From: a virus
Lineage: Duplodnaviria > Caudoviricetes
Length of the DNA stretch: 38,684 nucleotides
Direction: 5' to 3' (one strand)
IMG/VR virus record: IMGVR_UViG_3300027581_000017
Span: 1-38,684 of that record
Part shown: positions 35,465 to 38,684 of the stretch, in pieces
Layout: each line of letters starts with the position of its first letter
Numbering within the stretch: the stretch's first letter is position 1
Translations under genes and position numbers: made by a program
The notes under the pieces: model-generated
Database searches by the model: none
What the model was told of the DNA's origin: nothing
What the model saw: only the letters and a program-made list of their open reading frames with translations

Positions 35465-36361
35465 TCAACTTGTGTAATGGATACGGATTGGGTATTTGTC
35501 TTGTAATTTTAACGCTTCTTCATTAAGTCTTTGTTGGTATAGCGCAAAGATATAACGAGAAGCAGATACACCGGCAGTGCTTGGGATCTTGGTATCGTTA
35601 AGGTCAGCTTCTGCTGAACTTAAATTGATTCGACCAGAATCCACATATGATAATAACTTATAAGAGGCACCAAGGATTACTACCTCTGAAGATGAACTAG
35701 GCAGTCCAGTTACATCTGCGTAATCATCTGTGCCATTATCTAAAGTATTAGGAGTTGTTGTATACCAAACCTGTACTGTTCTACCAGGTTGGATATTATC
35801 GTAAAGGTTTACAGTATTTTGTGTATTAAATGTGGCAACATTTGCCATCTGGTCTGCACGCCAACGGTTAATAGGTAGCCATTCTTGGCTAGATCCGGTT
35901 GTCTGCCAAGACATATAAAGGATTGACTCTAAATCATCTGGCAAAGGATAGGTAGTTTGGCTTGCGTTAAAGGTAAAAGTAGTTGAAGCAACGGCCCATA
36001 GTTTAGGATAGAAACTATTGATTGTGTCATTGATTGCTTTTTTAATAATGGTTTTTGGAAAGGTTGGAGTAAGAGTTATCTGAGCATACTGAGCGTGAGG
36101 TGAAGCGTTAGTGTTCTGATAGCCTCTACCAAATCCTGGAGCTGCGTTAAGCGTGCTGCTTCCTTGGTCAAAGTTATCAATCCAGATAAGTTCATCATCA
36201 ATTTCAATGATGCCTTTGGCTAAGTTAGAACTTGAACCAATAATCATAGCTGTATCGGTAGATGTTATAGCATTATTAAGATACGTGATTCTATCTTGAC
36301 GCAGGGTGTATCCAGCTAAGGAGGCCCTAACCTCGTCTATCATATCGCTAAGCGTTGGCAT
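35465..36361 (-). CDS. Tail adaptor/tubular-A-like protein
   Basis: TL.DMIDEVR start, I..AIN..I...YP.LW, YPLPDD; carries an inserted fiber-like segment (IEIDDELI..RG). Confidence 0.65.
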   Translation of the reverse strand: MPTLSDMIDEVRASLAGYTLRQDRITYLNNAITSTDTAMIIGSSSNLAKGIIEIDDELIWIDNFDQGSSTLNAAPGFGRGYQNTNASPHAQYAQITLTPTFPKTIIKKAINDTINSFYPKLWAVASTTFTFNASQTTYPLPDDLESILYMSWQTTGSSQEWLPINRWRADQMANVATFNTQNTVNLYDNIQPGRTVQVWYTTTPNTLDNGTDDYADVTGLPSSSSEVVILGASYKLLSYVDSGRINLSSAEADLNDTKIPSTAGVSASRYIFALYQQRLNEEALKLQDKYPIRIHYTS

Positions 36362-37422
36362 TATTTCCTTTCATACCAGCCATCTCCCCATAGAGTTAGC
36401 AGTCTTCCAAAGTATTGCTCGTATTGTGGTGCTATAGCATCTAGCGAATACGTCGCTACTGCCCTCTTATGTATTGCTACTGGGTCTAAGTCTTTGACCC
36501 ACTCTGTTGCTGCTGCAAACTCCATTGCATTTCTACAACGGTATCCAGTAACACCTTGTGGGTTAGTCTCTGTAAAGGCTCCCCAGTCTGTAGTAATTGT
36601 TGGAGTACCGCACATCTGCGCCTCAATTACTATGTTACCAAAAGGTTCTATATATAACGTTGGGGCAAATAGTGCGATAGCACCGCCCATTAACTTTGTT
36701 CGTTCTTCTACACCTACTGGCCCAACCCAATCGCCATACTCAATCTTTGGGTCTTTACCAGGTCCTGCCATAATGAGCTTTAAGTTCATCTCTTTACAGA
36801 CGTGCTGAACGATCTCAATACCTTTACGATCTATCATACGTCCAACGTATAGGTAGTAATCTTCTTTCTTCTCTTGCAGCGGAAACATCTCTGGTTCTAT
36901 GTATCCTGGTATAACAGCATCGTAGAAGTTGCCATCTACTAGCGCCGGATTCTTAAAGGCAGAATAGACTGAGTGCATCCAAGCGTAAGACTCAAAGACT
37001 CGATACTTAGCAAATGTGCCAGCGTAACCAATACCAAACTCAACTGTCATATGATCTGGGAAAGCATCAGCAATTGGTTTGTGTGATGCTCCACCAATAA
37101 CGCAGATAAAATCTTTTTCTTCTATCCGCTTGCCAAGTTCTTCTATAACTTTGCCATTAAAAATCTGCCAGTGCGGTAGTTCATTATTAAACTCTGCTTC
37201 GGTAAAGTGTTTACCAGCTAGCGCTTCTTGCTGTTGCTCTTTGGTGATACAAGTAATTAACTCATCACACGGTGCTTCGTTGTCTTCGCTGGCATAAAGA
37301 TAAACTGTATGTCCAAGACCATTCATCATCATACAGAAGCGTCGTACCTTCTCAGTAAAGGCACAGATAATGTAATCTTTAGTTGTTTGCGTATGGGGCA
37401 GGCTAATAACGTGGAATCTCAT
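36361..37422 (-). CDS. GT-B (GT4-like) glycosyltransferase
   Basis: LYVGR....KG, EPFG.IVIEAQMCGTP.ITTD.GAF.E. Confidence 0.92.
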   Translation of the reverse strand: MRFHVISLPHTQTTKDYIICAFTEKVRRFCMMMNGLGHTVYLYASEDNEAPCDELITCITKEQQQEALAGKHFTEAEFNNELPHWQIFNGKVIEELGKRIEEKDFICVIGGASHKPIADAFPDHMTVEFGIGYAGTFAKYRVFESYAWMHSVYSAFKNPALVDGNFYDAVIPGYIEPEMFPLQEKKEDYYLYVGRMIDRKGIEIVQHVCKEMNLKLIMAGPGKDPKIEYGDWVGPVGVEERTKLMGGAIALFAPTLYIEPFGNIVIEAQMCGTPTITTDWGAFTETNPQGVTGYRCRNAMEFAAATEWVKDLDPVAIHKRAVATYSLDAIAPQYEQYFGRLLTLWGDGWYERK

Positions 37423-37441
37423 ACCACAAGTTTATCAGTCT

Positions 37442-37684
37442 TTATTGTGGTCCTGCTGGACCGTTAACCATTTCAATAGCAGGTGTTTCTGTTAATCCTA
37501 CTGGACCATCAAGAACTGGCGCTTCAAACTTGCCATCTTCATCCATAGTCCAGCCAATACCAGCAGGATTTTCTGCTGTATATTCAACAAGAACACAGTT
37601 AAGTGCTGCCTCTGTTGCTGCCTTATCGTCTGCCACGATTACATTTGATACTGTATTACCGCTCATCATTGCAAATGTTGCCAT
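37442..37684 (-). CDS. Small tail-fiber-associated protein
   Basis: FA......V.NVIVAD...AGIGWT....F..P; similar to 33280..33507. Confidence 0.7.
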   Translation of the reverse strand: MATFAMMSGNTVSNVIVADDKAATEAALNCVLVEYTAENPAGIGWTMDEDGKFEAPVLDGPVGLTETPAIEMVNGPAGPQ

Positions 37685-37695
37685 TGTTTATCTCC

Positions 37696-38619
37696 TTAGT
37701 AGTATAAATAAAGTACGCCATTACCGCCCGCACCGCTTGTTCCAGAGTTGTTAGCACCGCCACCGCCACCACCACCGTCACCGCCAGTTCCGCCTGTGTT
37801 GCCTGATGCGTTACCGCCAACGGCTATGAAACCGCCACCGCCACCACCTGCTCCGCCTGTGTTAGCAGCAGTTGATGCGCTTCCTGTTCCACCTGCAAAC
37901 AAATCGCCAGTTCCACCTGCACCACCTGTTGCAGTTCCAGTAGGGGTTACATTAGATAAGAAAGCGGAACCGCCACCACCGCCAATTAAACCTTGTCCAC
38001 CTGCACCAGCGGTAGCATTAGTTGCAGCACCACCGGTTGTTGCGCCACCACCGCCACCACCTGAAACTCCAGCACCGCCTGCGGTTGCAGTTTGTACCAA
38101 GGTTGCACTATAAACACCAGTTGTCCCACCGCCACCATAGCCAACATTTGCACCAGCCGCAGCCGAAGGTGCGCCTGTATAACTAATACCGCTTGCAGTT
38201 CCTGCTCGTGAAGCACTTGCACTCACACCACCACCACTACCTGCTCCGCCTATAATTCCAGCGGCAGGAGCAGTTGCTGTAGCAACACCAGCAGCACCAC
38301 CACCTGCAATTACCATTCCATAAACTGTTGCGCCACCAGGGTTTCCATTAGATGCACCACCTGTAACGGTTGCTCCACCTGAACCTACGGTGCAAGTGTT
38401 TGTTGCATAAGTCCAACCAGCAGAAAATGCTCCTGCACCACCACCACCGCCTGCTTGAGCTGAGGAACCACCCGATCCGCCACCGCCGATGCAGACTGCA
38501 TAAACGCGGTTGATGTCAGTTGGAATTGTGACTGAACCAGATGAGGTAATTGTCTGTTGTAGCTTTAATCCCAACGGAACATCAGAAAACGATGAATTAG
38601 TATTTATTGTTGCGCTCAT
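37696..38619 (-). CDS. Glycine-rich tail fiber/appendage protein
   Basis: LQQTITSSGSVTIP...VYAVCIGGGG; ends GNGVLYLYY. Confidence 0.85.
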   Translation of the reverse strand: MSATINTNSSFSDVPLGLKLQQTITSSGSVTIPTDINRVYAVCIGGGGSGGSSAQAGGGGGAGAFSAGWTYATNTCTVGSGGATVTGGASNGNPGGATVYGMVIAGGGAAGVATATAPAAGIIGGAGSGGGVSASASRAGTASGISYTGAPSAAAGANVGYGGGGTTGVYSATLVQTATAGGAGVSGGGGGGATTGGAATNATAGAGGQGLIGGGGGSAFLSNVTPTGTATGGAGGTGDLFAGGTGSASTAANTGGAGGGGGGFIAVGGNASGNTGGTGGDGGGGGGGANNSGTSGAGGNGVLYLYY

Positions 38620-38631
38620 TAAAGTTCCATT

Positions 38632-38684
38632 CTAATAATAAATATAAAGAATTCCAGCGCCGCCTGCGGCAGTATTTGTAGAAC
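38632..38684 (-). CDS. C-terminal fragment of a glycine-rich protein, probably the end of gene 1..870
   Basis: STNTAAGGAGILYIYY*, parallel to GVLYLYY* of the paralog. Confidence 0.75.
   Translation of the reverse strand, partial: STNTAAGGAGILYIYY

Overview
The window is essentially a whole ~38.7 kb tailed-phage genome, opened inside a glycine-rich tail gene that runs off position 1 and resumes at the window end. It looks podovirus-like: portal, terminase, scaffold, capsid, three large putative internal virion proteins and tail adaptor/nozzle-like genes, with no tape measure or sheath. WhiB, an actinobacterial-type SLT transglycosylase, an FmdB zinc ribbon and a split primase point to an actinobacterial host; a low-GC freshwater acI-type host is an inference. 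Layout: (i) minus-strand late arm 18773->1 continuing 38684->30498 (packaging, head, tail, a glycosyltransferase, lysis); (ii) non-coding 18780-19700 with the likely genome end; (iii) plus-strand early arm 19705-23389 of many tiny genes with unusual composition; (iv) minus-strand replication/regulation arm 30068->23471. I saw no DNA or RNA polymerase, integrase, tRNA or CRISPR. Best candidate for a new system: a ~65-nt putative sRNA at 23410-23476 with its own extended -10 promoter and terminator. Its hairpin presents GCUCUCUC, complementary (with G:U) to the GAGAG(A/G)GC / GGGAGAG motif upstream of most early genes, suggesting a single antisense switch for the early operon. All product calls come from motif recognition by eye, not database searches.
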